Of a DNA stretch of 64,000 nt, positions 39,059 to 52,620 are shown piece by piece (position 1 is the first letter of the stretch; every line of letters starts with the position of its first letter). The stretch spans positions 28,892,001 through 28,956,000 of the forward strand of contig OZ336890.1 in the NCBI GenBank assembly GCA_965287045.1, read 5' to 3'. A model generated the notes under the pieces. The model worked only from the letters and a program-made list of their open reading frames with translations, had not been told where the DNA came from and did not search any database. A program made the position numbers and the translations under genes. The stretch is from Carcharhinus amblyrhynchos (taxonomy: Eukaryota).

Positions 39059-41361
39059 CTTTAGTAGTTAGGAAGTAGGCAGTAGAACAGTAAATCACTA
39101 TTAGCAGTTTAGTAGTCACATGTTAAAACTACAACTTAATTACAGAGTAGTTTTGTCTAAAGTTTAAAAAATAAGATGCTACACTAATAACATTGATGCC
39201 ACTAGCTAATATTTTGTGTTTTTATGAATTTGCTTTCATTCCCACATTTCCTGAAGGTATTGGCTCCTTGCTGGGCTTTAGTCAGCTTCCTGGTGCCCTT
39301 TGACACCTCAACCAAGTGACTATTGTTTAAGTGAGCATCAACAGAACGTTCAAACCTGAAGGGCACTTTAGCCAAGTCTGATTCGGTCCTTCCTAAAGTC
39401 CATTAAAATAATTACAACCAGCAGGAGAATAATCAGGAGAAAAATCACCTGCTGATTCGCCACTCCTTGAACACTGAACCCAAATGCCAGCCCAGCGGAG
39501 ATCAGTAACTCAACAAACACTGGGAATGGAAGCTGCGACCACTGTAGTTTGTTCCAATCAGCTGTTCATAAGATTACTAAGCAAATTTATTAAGCTGAGT
39601 GAGTAACCCAATAATCACATTCTAAAATACCACATAACATAGTTCCGACTAGAAATGCATGGAAAATTAGGTTGTGATTTTTTTATTCTAATAAGGCTGT
39701 CAAATTGTTCCTTCACAATTTTAAACATGACAAAAACTAAAATGAAAATGGCTATTTTAGGTCTGAACAATTGCTTGATGTAGGATTTGACATCACGGTC
39801 CATTTTTCTGATAGTACGGATCTAAAATTTCTGACAACTAACGTTTTATCAGTGTTTTCTTTTGTGTGAGATGCTGGTATATATTTATTGGACAAAACAT
39901 CTTAAACCTTGAGATTTAGTTACTGGAATGCATTACCAATCTTTATTGCTTTAATATTTGGCAATGAAATGTCTCATCCAGAAATACATTGTTAAGCATT
40001 ACTGCAAAATAAAAGGCCAGCCACACATCATTTGATAGCACAATGTCTTTTCCAAACAGATGTGCATGCAATTATAATACTGCATGGTCACAGTGGAGCT
40101 CTCATTTTGACTCGTAAAAGAAATGCTAACTTGAGAACACCTTTCAAGCTAGTAGGAAGTATGCCACTGCTGGCACCCCATAACAGCCCTTTATACGAAA
40201 CAACATTGAGAATCAATACTAAACTACTGCAATCAACATCTTTTGCAGATACATTTAACACATTTGAAAATATATCTGCCTTTTAACTATCATTTTGGAA
40301 ATTAACCTATACAAACGGTTGCATTTCAAAATGATGCTCAACCACAGTGGCCTTTTGAAGCAGTATTATCCTTATGAATGCAACATCTGTTAGGTGGTAA
40401 AGGACCACATTACACATTAAATATCAAGTTAATAACCTTACAGTTGTGTTTAATCTTTTTCAAGATAGTTGCTTTTTTCTTTTAAATTTTTGTTAATGCA
40501 TCAGTGAAATAAACATTGGTAATCAAAATGATAGCAAATTCCACACTGCGAGACTGAAAAGCTGTATATTAATATTCCATTTTGTAAAGTTGATCAGAAA
40601 ATTAACTAGGCCAAACTGCATTGGAAATAATAAAATGGGGCATTCAGGCAAAGTGTATTTCATAAGATCACTTTACTCAAAAGTCAATCCAAAGTTGGTA
40701 GGAAAAAAAACACTGCTTACACATGCTTACCAGGCAATGCTTACTGCACACTTTGGTTCAGTTTCCTCCAACTTATAATGTCACAATACCCGTGCCTCAA
40801 CAGGTGCAATGGCATGTTAACTTACTGAGAAAAATGAAGCATCAAATAGGTGTGTGGAAAACATAACCTGGTTGTGCACATTATACCTAGCTTGTTCTTT
40901 GTGGAAATATGTCCCAACAAATGCCTGGATTCATACCCATATGTAGGTACAGGATTTTTAAAAAAAACATGTGTGATTATGTTATGATGAGATGGCATGC
41001 ACTGGAATCCAGGAGAGAACATCAGCTGTTAAGACCAGAGCTAAAATGTTAGATTATCACTACATCAACTTCCCTAATATAGTGCAGCTTTGTCTTCAGA
41101 ATTCTACTCAAAAATTCTTGTTACGCATTTAAGCTCCTCTGGTGCAGATTAATCCCAAAGATATTAAAGGGGTCCAATTGACTGACATCTTTCACTGACA
41201 TTATTAGGTAATATGTGCACTAAATTAGCAAATCTTGTTTAACACAGTTGGCAGCTGTTTTCAATTTACTAATTTCTTTCAATGTGTAATAAATATACAG
41301 GTCTCAGTTAAACACAACATTCTTAACACCTATTTTCTTTTTGCCAGTCTTTGGGGTTTAC

Positions 41362-41553
41362 CTGGTGGCCAGTTAATGTTGGAGCCATTTGAGATCTTAT
41401 CGGCAGGGGATTTGGCACGTGTCCAGCTATCACTGACTGGTACCGGTGGACTGGCTGGTGACTCACTGCTGGTTATCAGATCATATGGACTGTAGGAGTC
41501 CTCAAGGGAGGGCTTGCTTGTTGGACCAATATTGAGACCTCCAGGGATAGCAC
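41362..41553 (-). CDS. TNRC6C: TNRC6C coding exon, M1 region and first half of PAM2
   Basis: tattcag| and |gtaaac; 192 nt, phase 1-1; AIPGGLNIGPTSKPSLEDSYSPYDLITSSESPASPPVPVSDSWTRAKSPADKISNGSNINWPP. Confidence 0.94.
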
Positions 41554-42186
41554 CTGAATATGCGTCAAGTGGGACAGAAAGGCAAGGTCATGGATATAAA
41601 AACATTTTGCTATGGACCTGACTCTGAATCTCAACAGTAGCTAAATTAGACCCAATTAGTTTACTAAATGCTGATGTAAGTCAGAATGAGACTTTGATGA
41701 TCTATTGCTTCCTTTATTACAATATTAAAACAAATTTCATAGGTAAAACAAAAGTAAAACAATTTATCACAGTTAACTTAGAAAATATCACAACTGAAGA
41801 AATGTTCTGTGGTCTATTGTCCCAATTGAAATTTGCAAAGAAAATTCAGTACTCAAAGGGCTAAAAGACATCATCGCATGCTTTCAAGTTTGTCCTCTGT
41901 TTTAGCTGAATGTGCAAGACAAGAAAACGAACTGTTGTGTTGAACCTGACATTGAAGTCAGTTTGATGTTTAATTAATTTTAAAATGATGTAGCATGTTC
42001 TCAGAATTTGAAACATGTACATGTAGAGCCTTTCAAGAGACAGCCAATCAAAGTGCAACTGAGCCTATTTTCATTGTTACATTCTTGCATTTTCCAGCAA
42101 GTCTATTGAGCTCCTGCAAGAATTTAAAACCAACTGACCAATGAAGAATTTTGGCTTGCAAGTACTCTGCCCTTTAGGGCTCTTAC

Positions 42187-42354
42187 CATGCTTGCTCTGG
42201 TTCTGGTCCAGCGATAAAGAATTGCCGCTTAAATTTTCCATAGAGTTTGGGTGGGTCCACTGCCTCAATCGAGATTGGGCTTGAGCTGAATCCTTCAAGG
42301 ATAAACCACCACTTAGTTCCATGTTGTTTACATTCATATTCGGGATCAATCCAG
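42187..42354 (-). CDS. TNRC6C: TNRC6C coding exon, start of silencing domain with CIM-1 (CCR4-NOT interaction) motif
   Basis: ttacag| and |gtaaga; 168 nt, phase 1-1; GLIPNMNVNNMELSGGLSLKDSAQAQSRLRQWTHPNSMENL...QSKH; QSRLxQW is the GW182 CIM-1 motif. Confidence 0.94.
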
Positions 42355-42597
42355 CTGTAAGTGAAAAACATGAGAGATGAGATTGTTTAAATAATTCCCT
42401 TCACAAACCACCTACACTTTGTTCATCGTAAACTTCTGATCTAATCAACTGAGAAAGTCAGAGGTTAGCTTCCAAGTAGTCGCAAAACTTTTCTTTGAGC
42501 AAAATACAATTCAATGTTGGAACTCATTTCATACCAGAACCAAGATTTTTCACAAGTCAGCAACGCTGGAACACCACAACAGTATAGGTGTCCACAA

Positions 42598-42904
42598 GGT
42601 TTATTTATTTTTTTGCGTCACAAGCAGGCTTACAGTAACACTGCAATGAAGTTACTAGGAAAATCCCTTAGTTGCCATACCCTGGCACCTTTTCAGGTAC
42701 ACTGAAGGAGACTTTATGCGGCCAATGTACTTAACTAGCATATCTTTCAAACTGTGGGAGGAACCTGGAGCACCCAGAGGAAACTCATGCAGCTACGGAG
42801 AGAACGTGTAGACTCTGCACAGACAGCGATCCAAACCAGGAATCAAACGCAGGTCCCTGGTGTTGTGAAGTAGCAGTGCTAACCACTGTGCCACCATGCC
42901 GCCC
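42598..42904 (-). mobile_element. HE1-like V-SINE with the same tail type as 3875-4162
   Basis: gggcggcatggtggcacagtggttagcactgct...gtttgattcc...gtctacacgttctctccg; tail cattgcagtgttactgtaagcctgcttgtgac...aataaataaa. Confidence 0.88.
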
Positions 42905-43782
42905 GTTCTATCTTCCAGCCACAACGTTCCTCGAGATCTATCTTTTTCAGGCAGTCCATCAGCCAGCCTGAGTGCTCCTGAAGATTCATCTTCATTGTCA
43001 GGAGGTCCACCATCTTTTTTCAGTCGTCGGTCAGTGATGTTGGGCGCCTTTTCAATGTGGCACATTGAAAATACAAGGGTGTACTATGCATCATCAGGCC
43101 TGCCCTGCCATGGAACATGGCACAAAACAAACTGTTGCATAATTAATGAGGTTGGGGCCAGAAGATTTTGCATGTTTTCCCGCTGGCTTCTGCAGCAAGA
43201 AACATGCCATGCCCCAACTCCACCTTCAGAGCTTGGTGCCCAAGTGGAAGAATTATGCCCTATCTTTCTAAAACAATTCCAGTTGCAAATATGAGCAAAT
43301 GAATACATCTGATATAATACAGCCATAAACATCTCTACTTCACGGAACTGTTTGTAGAATATCTTTAATGTTACCAAATGTCTCAATTTTGGTGTAAGCC
43401 GACTGATCTGATTTTGGAAAAGGGTAACTATGATGACTAGGAGCAAAATTTGAGATACAGCTTGAATTGCCAAAACACAAACATTAAAAATAATGGAACT
43501 TACAATTGTTGAAAGATGGCATGTTAAAACCAGAGATGAAACAGGATGAATGTGCTTGCATTTGTTGCACATCCTTAAAACACCCCAATCTGCAATACAG
43601 CTCAAGTAATTTGCTCCGATTGTAGGCAAAGATGACAGCCAATACATCCACAACCAGATCCCAATAATTAGTTTATGTCCAGGTAATTTCCTTGAAACTA
43701 TAATGTTGTTTTAAGTATATTTATAAAGAAAATAATTCTACTAATATTAATACACTATTTTTTGTTCTAGCAATGCACTTAC

Positions 43783-44005
43783 CCAAGGAATATGCAGGGA
43801 AAGAATTGGGTGATGTTTGCTGTTCTTTGGTCTGCAGGTCTGAAAGGCTGGGAGGCGGATGATGACTCAGATTATCAATGGTTACTTTGCCTGCAGATGG
43901 GTGTAATGGTGGATGTGGTGGTTGCTGTTTCATAAGCAAGGCCTGGGTCAGCTGCCGCTGGTGCTGTTGGATCTGCTGCTGCATGTTGTTGATTGTACGT
44001 GCAAC
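43783..44005 (-). CDS. TNRC6C: TNRC6C coding exon, Q/P-rich
   Basis: ttcttgaaag| and |gtaagt; 223 nt, phase 0 to 1; VARTINNMQQQIQQHQRQLTQALLMKQQPPHPP...DLQTKEQQTSPNSFPAYSL. Confidence 0.93.
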
Positions 44006-46186
44006 CTTTCAAGAAAGAAAACCAAGTACTTAGAAGCAGTGTGAATACCAGCTGTGAGCAGAAGTTGCAATTCCCTCCTAACATGTTTCAGTTTTAAGCA
44101 TAGCTAATTAATAAAATGGGAGAGACCATTTTTCTAAAGCTACATATATTTTATTGAATTGTCACCTACATTAAATTTGCTAAGTAGGTCACACATTCTG
44201 AATTTTAGGCTGAATTTTACAGGCTGTGTGTAGGCGGACCTGTAAATAGGGCACCTATGCCCACATCAATTTTACAGGTGGCAGAGGCAGCACTGGGTGG
44301 GTGGTCTCTACCTGGCCAAATTGAGATCGTCAAGTGGACAATCAATGCCCAATTAAAGGCCTCATCCCACTACCACTCTGGTTTAACAGGTGATAGGAGA
44401 TCTGTGTCTAGCATGTACCCCTATGGGTTGCCAGCCCATGAATGGGCCCATTGTCAATCGGAGACTGTTCCCAGCAGTTTTGCCTCCCTGTGACTGCCCT
44501 GTCTTTTTGGCCAGCTGTGGCCTATTAACAAAGATGTCTTGCTGAATTTAGATTTAATCTAACAATTTGTACATGTGGAACAATGACCTGGAGGATCTAT
44601 TAAGCAAACCAATAACTACCAGGCCATGGTGTGATCTTATTTTTAATAAGCAGTTTCATGTAGTTTCTTGGAAGGTTGATAATCATTTGAAAAAAATCTA
44701 ATATTTTGAAGTTATACAAGGCCAGATTTTCTTCTCCGTTACAAGGCACAGTTTTTGCCATGGCCTGGTAGTTATTGGTTTGCTTAATAGATCCTCCAGG
44801 TCATGTACAGTTGTCCAGAGACTTTTCAGAGGATTAAGTGGGGATTTCAGCTAAAAGTGGCTCCACAGCATTGTCTGCTACAACGGATTTGAGAGATCTG
44901 AGGGGTCAAGACATGAGATCGTTTCAAACAATCAGATTGAAGAATCCTCATTACAAACACAAGCAAAAAAAGGACAAACATCATTTGTAAATTATTGTGC
45001 AAGGATTCTAAATAAATATTGGGACACACAAAGGAGTGATGAAAGGTAAATAGATAAACAAATTTTACGTGGTTTTTTTATTAAAAAATTGCAACGTTAA
45101 TTTGAATAAAATGTCACATTAGCAAACTTAATTTTTCAGAGCTAAAGGTTGTTTAATGATAATCATCACTCATTACACTGTTAAGAACGCTTACGTCTGA
45201 ATGCAGAAGCCCTAACTTTTCAACCAAAACTAGTGAGTAATTACCCAAGCTCATGTGCTTACTATGCCTAGTCTATCAGTGAAGAATGCAATTGCACATC
45301 TGGAGGAGCAGGGTGCCACTGATAACACTTCCTGATTTCCAAAAGTTGATACCAGATTTGCCCAGTATTAATGGTGAGCGTAGTCAGCCCCATCATTATT
45401 ATTACAGCTAGTACGTATGCATGAGAAAATATGCTGCTGTTAGTGCATGTAAGAGCTTCAGGTCGGTTGAAAAAGCTGTACAATATGGCAAAACGTTGCA
45501 GAATATTTTCCAGAATGAGCAAAGGACTCAATTGCTTCCCATGGATTTCTAAGAACATTTTTATACTTGCATGCATGAAGGGCTGAAATCTTTAATTTGC
45601 AATTTAATATATTTAATGGATAGTAGAACTCTGTCTGAAATTTTGACGTTTCATATTATATTTCCTACAGGTTATGTGTGTTGTTTTCTTGATTAAAGCC
45701 ACATTTCCAGATGAGACTTCTTCAGGGTGCAGTGAAGAAGAAAATCAACTTGGGTAGGATTTATTTTCAATTCTGTCTTCTATTTGATTCCACAGATTTA
45801 ATGAATGATTTGGAACCAAGGGGTTTAAAACACAAAAATTTGTTTTGCCATCCCTTGTCAAGAATGCATCGATTCAACTGTGCTGTACCATTGGCTAGCT
45901 AGTGTGAATCCTTTCTATTTAAATACTAATGAAACAGTGAAGAAAAGCAGGCTGCATATTATATTCTCCTATGCATAAATAGGGGAAAAATTTGAAGTAA
46001 AGATAATTTAGCGACTTTAAAAACTGCTCATTACATTAATCCATGCTGTGCAGAGAATACATAGTTGTTTTCTGATGACTAATTCCAGATCTTAGGTTGG
46101 CTATACTAAAAAAAGTTTCCTTTTAGTATCATGGTCTGTGAAATGTCTTCAAGTTGAGCAAATGGCTGCCAGTTAACTATACCTAC

Positions 46187-46270
46187 TTGCTGCTCTTGTT
46201 GTCTAATGGTTCCAGAAACATTACGTTGGGCCTGTAACATCTGCTGCTGGAAGAGTAAACGCTGGTAGGC
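46187..46270 (-). CDS. TNRC6C: TNRC6C coding exon, Q-rich region
   Basis: ttgcag| and |gtaggt; 84 nt, phase 0-0; AYQRLLFQQQMLQAQRNVSGTIRQQEQQ. Confidence 0.92.
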
Positions 46271-46667
46271 CTGCAAGCACAAAATGGAAAATGAAAATGA
46301 GTAAAATCTTCAAAGTGAGAGACTAGTGAATTCAGGAAGCACTTCAAAAATCTAACAAAAAATATTTCTGACTTGATATTTGTAACAGGGCATTTCTATG
46401 CTTATTGCTTCTTTGACTTTTCTTTCCCAAATTCTTGCTGAAAGTCTGATTAATTGAAGACAAACTCCGTTTTATTTTGGAATCAATGGATTTAATTAAT
46501 GTCATATGATTTCCTTATGAAGAAAATGCTTAGGTCAATTTCTTAACACTAATATTTCCAAAGATTCCAATACAAGATTCTGCAACAGCATATTTATTTT
46601 TACAACAGCATAATTTTTTTAAAAACAGCACACTTGGTAGTGGCATATTCTGTTCCAATAAATAACA

Positions 46668-46975
46668 ATAGAATCCCCATCATGCAGGAGGTCATCATTC
46701 GGCCCATCGAGTCTGCACTGACCACCCATCACCCTTCCAGGCCTTCCCCAAGGACCCCCTCACTGCTTCCAACCCTATTCCCATAACCCTGAGCACTTGC
46801 CATGGCCAATCCACCTGAGTTGCACATCTTTGGACTGTGGGAGGAAACTGGAGCACGTGGAGGGAATCCATGAAGACATGGGGAGAACGTGCAAATTCCA
46901 CACAATCACCCAAGACCAAAAGGGAACCTGAGTCCCTGGTGCTGTGAGGCAACAGTGCTAACCACTGTGCCACCC
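46668..46975 (-). mobile_element. HE1-like V-SINE
   Basis: ggtggcacagtggttagcactgttgcctcacagcaccaggg...tgtgtggaatttgcacgttctcccc...gggattctatt tail. Confidence 0.88.
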
Positions 46976-47432
46976 TCTTTAGCTAATACTACTAGAATTT
47001 TAGATTCCTTTGCTCAAAATACTCCAACTCCCTTAAATGGGTAAGTGCATCTTTGTAACTAGACAGAAGTGCTGTATCTCAGAAAAAAAGGAAAATTCTG
47101 AAGAAGCTCAGAACTTTTGGTGACAGTTAAAATGTCCAGCCTGCCTGCCAATGGCAGTGACGTTGGGAAAGTATGGAGTACAAGTCAATTTTCTTTTTTG
47201 ACTAAAGGAAATACAATGGGGTGGGAAACTATGGAAGAGAATCCAAACTCGTGCATGGAATCCCTTTATGGCGTGTCATCATGGAAAACATATACATATT
47301 TTGAAAACTGAATTGATCCTGCAGAACCCAAAAAACATGTGATTGGCACTTAAATGAATTTCTAATTACCATAAATTATCACTGTGGTTGAGGGTTCCAA
47401 TCCAGGAAAATGACTGTCACAACATTACTTAC

Positions 47433-47552
47433 CAGCTGCAGCTGATAGAGTTGGTTTAACATAGTCATATGCTGAGGATTAATTGGCGAGGCTAATAGTG
47501 CAGGGTTGAGACCCATGTTTTTTGCTGCAAACTGCAAGAGCTGTGCTTGAAC
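47433..47552 (-). CDS. TNRC6C: TNRC6C coding exon, Q-rich region
   Basis: cattgaag| and |gtaagt; 120 nt, phase 0-0; VQAQLLQFAAKNMGLNPALLASPINPQHMTMLNQLYQLQL. Confidence 0.94.
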
Positions 47553-48069
47553 CTTCAATGAACACAAAAATATTTAAGTACTTATAAATCTTTGAGCCCA
47601 GGAATTTCATAATTTCCTGAAAGCTTAGCATTTAAAAGTTTTAGTTTTATGAGCATTTTTAAAACTATTTGCACAGCTTTTAAAATCTTGTTTCAAATAT
47701 CAATGGTACAGTGCTACAGAAAATGCTATTTCAAATCCTTGGCACAGCCCAATTATCTTAATTTCATTAACTTGATAATCCAATGAAATGTAACAGTAAA
47801 ATTTTAATGACTTCTATTTGTGAGGCTATTGATGTGGCTCAAAACCAGATTTATTCATTCTTTACTCCAGCAATAAGTAAAGTAAGCAATTAAAATGAAT
47901 TATACATCGGTATCGAGGTTCAGAGATCTTATGCAGTATATACTGTTCTTTTCCTATGGCCTCCAAAACTAGCATTAGATGGATGCTAGCGAATTTATGA
48001 ATTTAGAAAAAGTGGTAGGTATGAATCGAATGCTTCAGTTGGCTATTCATGATGAGTAACTTTACGTAC

Positions 48070-48210
48070 CTGAGGGGATAGAAACTGAGGCACTTGAGCA
48101 CGAAGACTAGGCTGGGATGAGTTTAGAGGTTGCACTGGCGGCTGCTGTTGCTGCTGCATGGTCCTGGCTTGTGCTGCTCCACTATTGCCAAACATACCTA
48201 GATTGCCACT
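48070..48210 (-). CDS. TNRC6C: TNRC6C coding exon, start of Q-rich region
   Basis: tttgcag| and |gtacgt; 141 nt, phase 0-0; [47 protein letters not shown]. Confidence 0.92.
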
Positions 48211-48389
48211 CTGCAAATTCATAAAAATACCTTTTTACCAGACAATCACATAGGAAAACAATCATATATCTTGTTCATCATACATACATCTGAAGGTTGA
48301 CACTAAAATTTCAGTGGAACATTACCATTCTTTCATTTATTTTATAACTTCAACAGTAGTCATTTTCATGATATATAACCAATCTTATT

Positions 48390-49750
48390 GAGAGATAGTG
48401 GCATTGTGATATTGTCACTGGACTAGTAATCCAGAAACCCAGGGCAGGAACTGGGGACCCACATTCAAATTCCACCATGACAGATGGTGAAATTTGAATT
48501 TAATAAAGAAATTCAAAGTGTAATGATGATCATGAAACAGATATCGATTATCATAAACCCATCTGGTTCACTAATGTTTTTCAGGGAAGGAAATCTGTCA
48601 TCCTTACCCAGTCTGGCCTACATGTGACTCCAGAGCCACAGCAATGTGGTTGACTTTTAAATGCCCTGTGAAATGGAGAACCTAAGAACTAGGAGCAGGA
48701 GTAGGCCACCTGGCCCCTCTAGCCTGCTGTGCCATTCAATACATGGCTGATCATTTTGTCAACTCAGTTCCATTTATCCGCTCGCTCACCATTATTCTTA
48801 ATTCCTTTCCTGTTCAAAAATTTATCTATCCTTGCCTTAAAAACATTCAATAAGGTAGACTCAACTGCTTCACTGAGCAGGGAATTCCACTGTTTCACAA
48901 CCCTTTAGGTGACGAAGTTCCTCCTCAACTCAGTCCTAAATCTGCCTCCCCTGACCTTGAGGTTATGCCCCCTAGCTCTGGTTTCACCCACCAGTGGAAT
49001 CAACTTCCCTCCTTCTGCCTTATCTACTCCCTTCATAATCTTATGTTTCTATAAGATCTCTCCTCATTCTTCTGAATTCCAATGAGTGTCCCAGTATACT
49101 CAGCCTCTCCACATAAGCCAACCCTCTCAACTCCAGAATCAACCTAGTAAATCTCCTCTACGCCCTCTCCAGTGCCAGAATATCCTTTCTCAAGTAAGGA
49201 GACCAAAACTGACATGGCCTCACCAGTATTTTATACAGGTGCAACATAACCTTGCTGTTTTTGAACTCCATCTCTCTAGCAATGAAGGACAAAATTCTAT
49301 TTGCCTTCTTAATTACCTGCTGAACCTGCAAACCAACTCCTTGAGATTCCTATACAAGGATACCCAGGTCCCTCTGCACAGCAGCATGTTGCAATTTTTT
49401 TACCATTTAGATAATTGTCCATTTTGCTGTTATTCCTACCAAAATGGAACTTACCAACATTGTACTCCATCTGCAGACCCTCGCCCACTCACTTAGATTA
49501 TCTACATCCCTTTGCAGACTTTGTGTCCTTTGCACACTTTGGACTGCCACTCAACTTAGAGTCATCTGCAAATTTTGACACACTACACTTGGTCCCCATC
49601 TCCAAATCATCCATGTAAATCACGGTCCCAAAACTGAATCGCCAACCAGAAAAACACCCATTTACCCCACTCTTTGCTTTCTGTCAGTTAAGGGCAGCAA
49701 GAGGGCAATAAATGCTGGCCCAGCCATCAATGCTTACATCCCGTAAATGT
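48390..49750 (+). mobile_element. tRNA-derived SINE split by a CR1 insertion (SINE parts 48390-48677 and 49690-49750)
   Basis: tggactagtaatccaga...ttcaaattccaccatg...aaacccatctggttcactaatg...aaatgccct; resumes with gggcaataaatgctggcccagcc. Confidence 0.7.
48678..49690 (-). mobile_element. CR1 LINE 3' fragment, decayed
   Basis: 3' end aggagcaggagtaggcca...; RT motif gtcatctgcaaatttt (KFADD on the minus strand) at ~49561. Confidence 0.85.
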
Positions 49751-50534
49751 ATAAAGAATCACCTCAATCCTTTAATATATTTAATTCAAATGTTCCAAGC
49801 AGCACATATTTATACATGATGTTTAACAAATTTGGATTTTTTAAAAATGGTTTTAAAGGCTGACAGAATTTCAAGGGAAACTTGGTCAACATTGTTGAGT
49901 ATGCTAAGTTAAGGTTGCAACTAAAGGTTGTCCAGTTCCTGTGGTAAAGCAATCGCGGCATTTTTCACAGCCATGTGAACAAACAGCTGTCGTTCTCATG
50001 AGTCAAAGTCAAACTCTGCGCAGGATTTTACAACTGCACTCCGGTGAGATTGTAAAATCCCGCCCGAGATCAAAGAATTCCGTTCTGCACACCCACCCCG
50101 AAATTCCAGCCTCTGTTCTTAATTAAATACACACATGCAGATTAATACACTTTTCTTACTTATAACATTTTCAATGATGGAAAAGAGCTAAAGAAGTATT
50201 CAGCTCTTGACAGAAATGCAAAGTAGTATGGTAACCAAGAGTGCATTAAAAACAAACCTTGAAAAGTTTATTATGCAGTGGGTGCAGATGCACAGAAAAG
50301 GAGAAAAGATGATCCCTTCAAGTGGTTTCCGACAATTTGTACAAGACTATCATTTGTGCTGTCCTGCAAATGGTTACCATGCTATCTAAATCAAGCAACT
50401 CCTGCATCAGGGAAAATAAACAACCTTGAATTGCTATTGTTGGACAGGAGGATGGGAATTTCAAACTTGTGAGCATTTTGGGACATTATATAATGAGCGT
50501 GTGATAGTACTTTTAACTTATTGTTGATCACAGA

Positions 50535-52145
50535 ATTCATACAGTGCAGAATGAGGCCATTTGAACCGAGTCTGCACCAACTCTCCATCAGAGCATCCCA
50601 CCCAGGCTCTATCCCTATTATCCTACATATTTACTCCACTAATTCCCCTAACCTACATCTTCATAGAATCATACAGCACAGAAGAGGCCCTTCGGCCCAT
50701 CAGATCCACACCAACACATTAGAAACACCTGAAGCCCACCTAATCCAATCTGCCAGCACATGGCCCATAGTCCTGAATGTTATGATGTGCCAAGTGCTCA
50801 TCCAGATACTTTTTATAGGATGTGAGGCAATCTGCCCACACTAGCCTCCCCAGGCAGTGCATTCCAGGTCATCACCACCCTCTGGGTAAAAAAGTTTTTC
50901 CTCACATCTCCCCTAAACCTCCTGCCTCTCATCTTGAACCTATGTCCCTTTGTGACTGACCCTTCAACTAAGGGGAATAGCTTATCCACTCTGTTCATGT
51001 CTCTCAATCAGGTTTCCCCTGTCTTGTCTGCTCCAACAAAAACAATCCAAGCCTATCCAACCTTTCTTCATAACTTAAATGTTCCATCCCAGGCAGCATT
51101 CTGGTGAATCTCTTCTGCACCCCCTCCAGTGCAATCACATCCTGGTAATATGGCAACCAGAATTGCACACGTACTCTAGCTGTGGCCTCAAAGTTCAATG
51201 CAACTCCAACATGACTTGCCTGCTTTTGTAATCTATGCCCTTAACACATAAAGGCAAGTGTCCCATACGCCCTTTTCAGCACCCCAACATATCCTTCCAC
51301 TTTCAGAGATCTGTGGACAAACATGCCAAGGTCTCTTTGTTCCACAGAAATTCCTAGCGTCTTACCTTTCATTGAATTTTTTTTTGTCAAATTACTCCTT
51401 CCAAAGAGTATCACTTCACACTTTTCAGAGTTAAATTCCTTTGCCACTTCCCTGCCAATTTGACCATTCTGTCTATATCTTCTTGTGGCCCAAGACACTC
51501 TGCCTCACCGTTAACCATCCATCCAATCTTTGTATCACCCGCAAACTTACTAATCTTACTCCCCAAATAGTCAATGTCATTTATAAAAATGATGAATAAT
51601 AATGGGGTCAACATAGATCCCTGGGGTATGCCACTGGACACTGGCTTCCACTTACAAAAGCAGCCTTCTGTCATCACCCTCCGTCTCCTACAATTGAGTC
51701 AATTTTGAATTCACTTTTATCAAAATACTCTATGAATTTACTTTCTTTACAAGTCTCCCACATAGGACCTTGTCAAATGCTTTGCTGAAATCCATATAAA
51801 GCACATTGAGAGCACTACCCTCATCTACACATCTGGTCACCTCCTCAAAAAAATTCAATCAAATTTGTTAGGCATGATCTCTCTCTTTCGAAGCCATGCG
51901 GACTATCCCTGATCAAGCTTTGCTGCTCCAAGTAGAGATAGATGCTCTCCTTCAGAAGTTTCTCTAATAGTTTTCTACTACTGATGTGAGACTCACTGGT
52001 CTGTAGTTCCCTGATTTATCTCTACACCCCGTCTTAATTAGCAGAATCACTGTTGTCCAGTCGTCAGGCACTTCCCTTGGCCAGAAAGAAGTTGAAAATT
52101 TGGATCATAGCCCCTGCTATATTCTCCCTTGCCTCCCGCAACAGC
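50535..52145 (-). mobile_element. CR1/HER1 LINE fragment (50663-52145) preceded by an HE1-like tail (50535-50660)
   Basis: ORFs WKPVSSGIPQGSML...SKFAGDTKIG, VQFWLPYYQDVIALEGVQKRFTRMLPG, TKGHRFKMRGRRFRGDVRKNFFTQRVV. Confidence 0.88.
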
Positions 52146-52336
52146 CTACTTAGCATGGCCAATCCACCTAACCAGCACATATTTGGACTGTGGGAGGAAA
52201 CCAGAGCACATGGAGGAAACCCACACAGACATGGGGAGAATCCACACATACAGTCAGTCATGCAAGGCCAATATTGAATCTGGGTCCCTGGCATGGTGAG
52301 GCAGCAGCGCTAACCACTGCGCCATTACGCTGCCCT
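52146..52336 (-). mobile_element. HE1-like V-SINE, 5' part
   Basis: gggcagcgtaatggcgcagtggttagcgctgctgcctcac...ttctccccatgtctgtgtgggtttcctcc. Confidence 0.85.
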
Positions 52337-52449
52337 TTAACCAAAGCAGAGTGTTGCTAATCCAATAAACAAAACAATTTTACCAGCGTTGGCCTGAATT
52401 ATTCAAATATACAACTCTACACAAGTTAAAAGAATCCTAACCATTATAA

Positions 52450-52620
52450 ACTTGAGAAATACCAGCTGCAGTAGGCCATTTGGCCTTTGGAGCCAGTTAG
52501 ACCATTTATAAAGATTGTGGTTAATGATGTTCCTCACCTCCACCCTCCTACCCTCTGACAATCCATATCCTTCAACTCGTTTACTTTCTAAAGCTCTAAC
52601 TGAACTTACCCTTAAAAACA
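52450..52620 (-). mobile_element. Decayed CR1 3' end
   Basis: gcagtaggccatttggcctttggagcca...accatt resembles the CR1 3' UTRs elsewhere in the window. Confidence 0.55.

Noticed and set aside
43084-43653. 189-aa minus-strand ORF
   Set aside because: Intronic, no recognisable domain, and the TNRC6C exons on either side join in phase without it.
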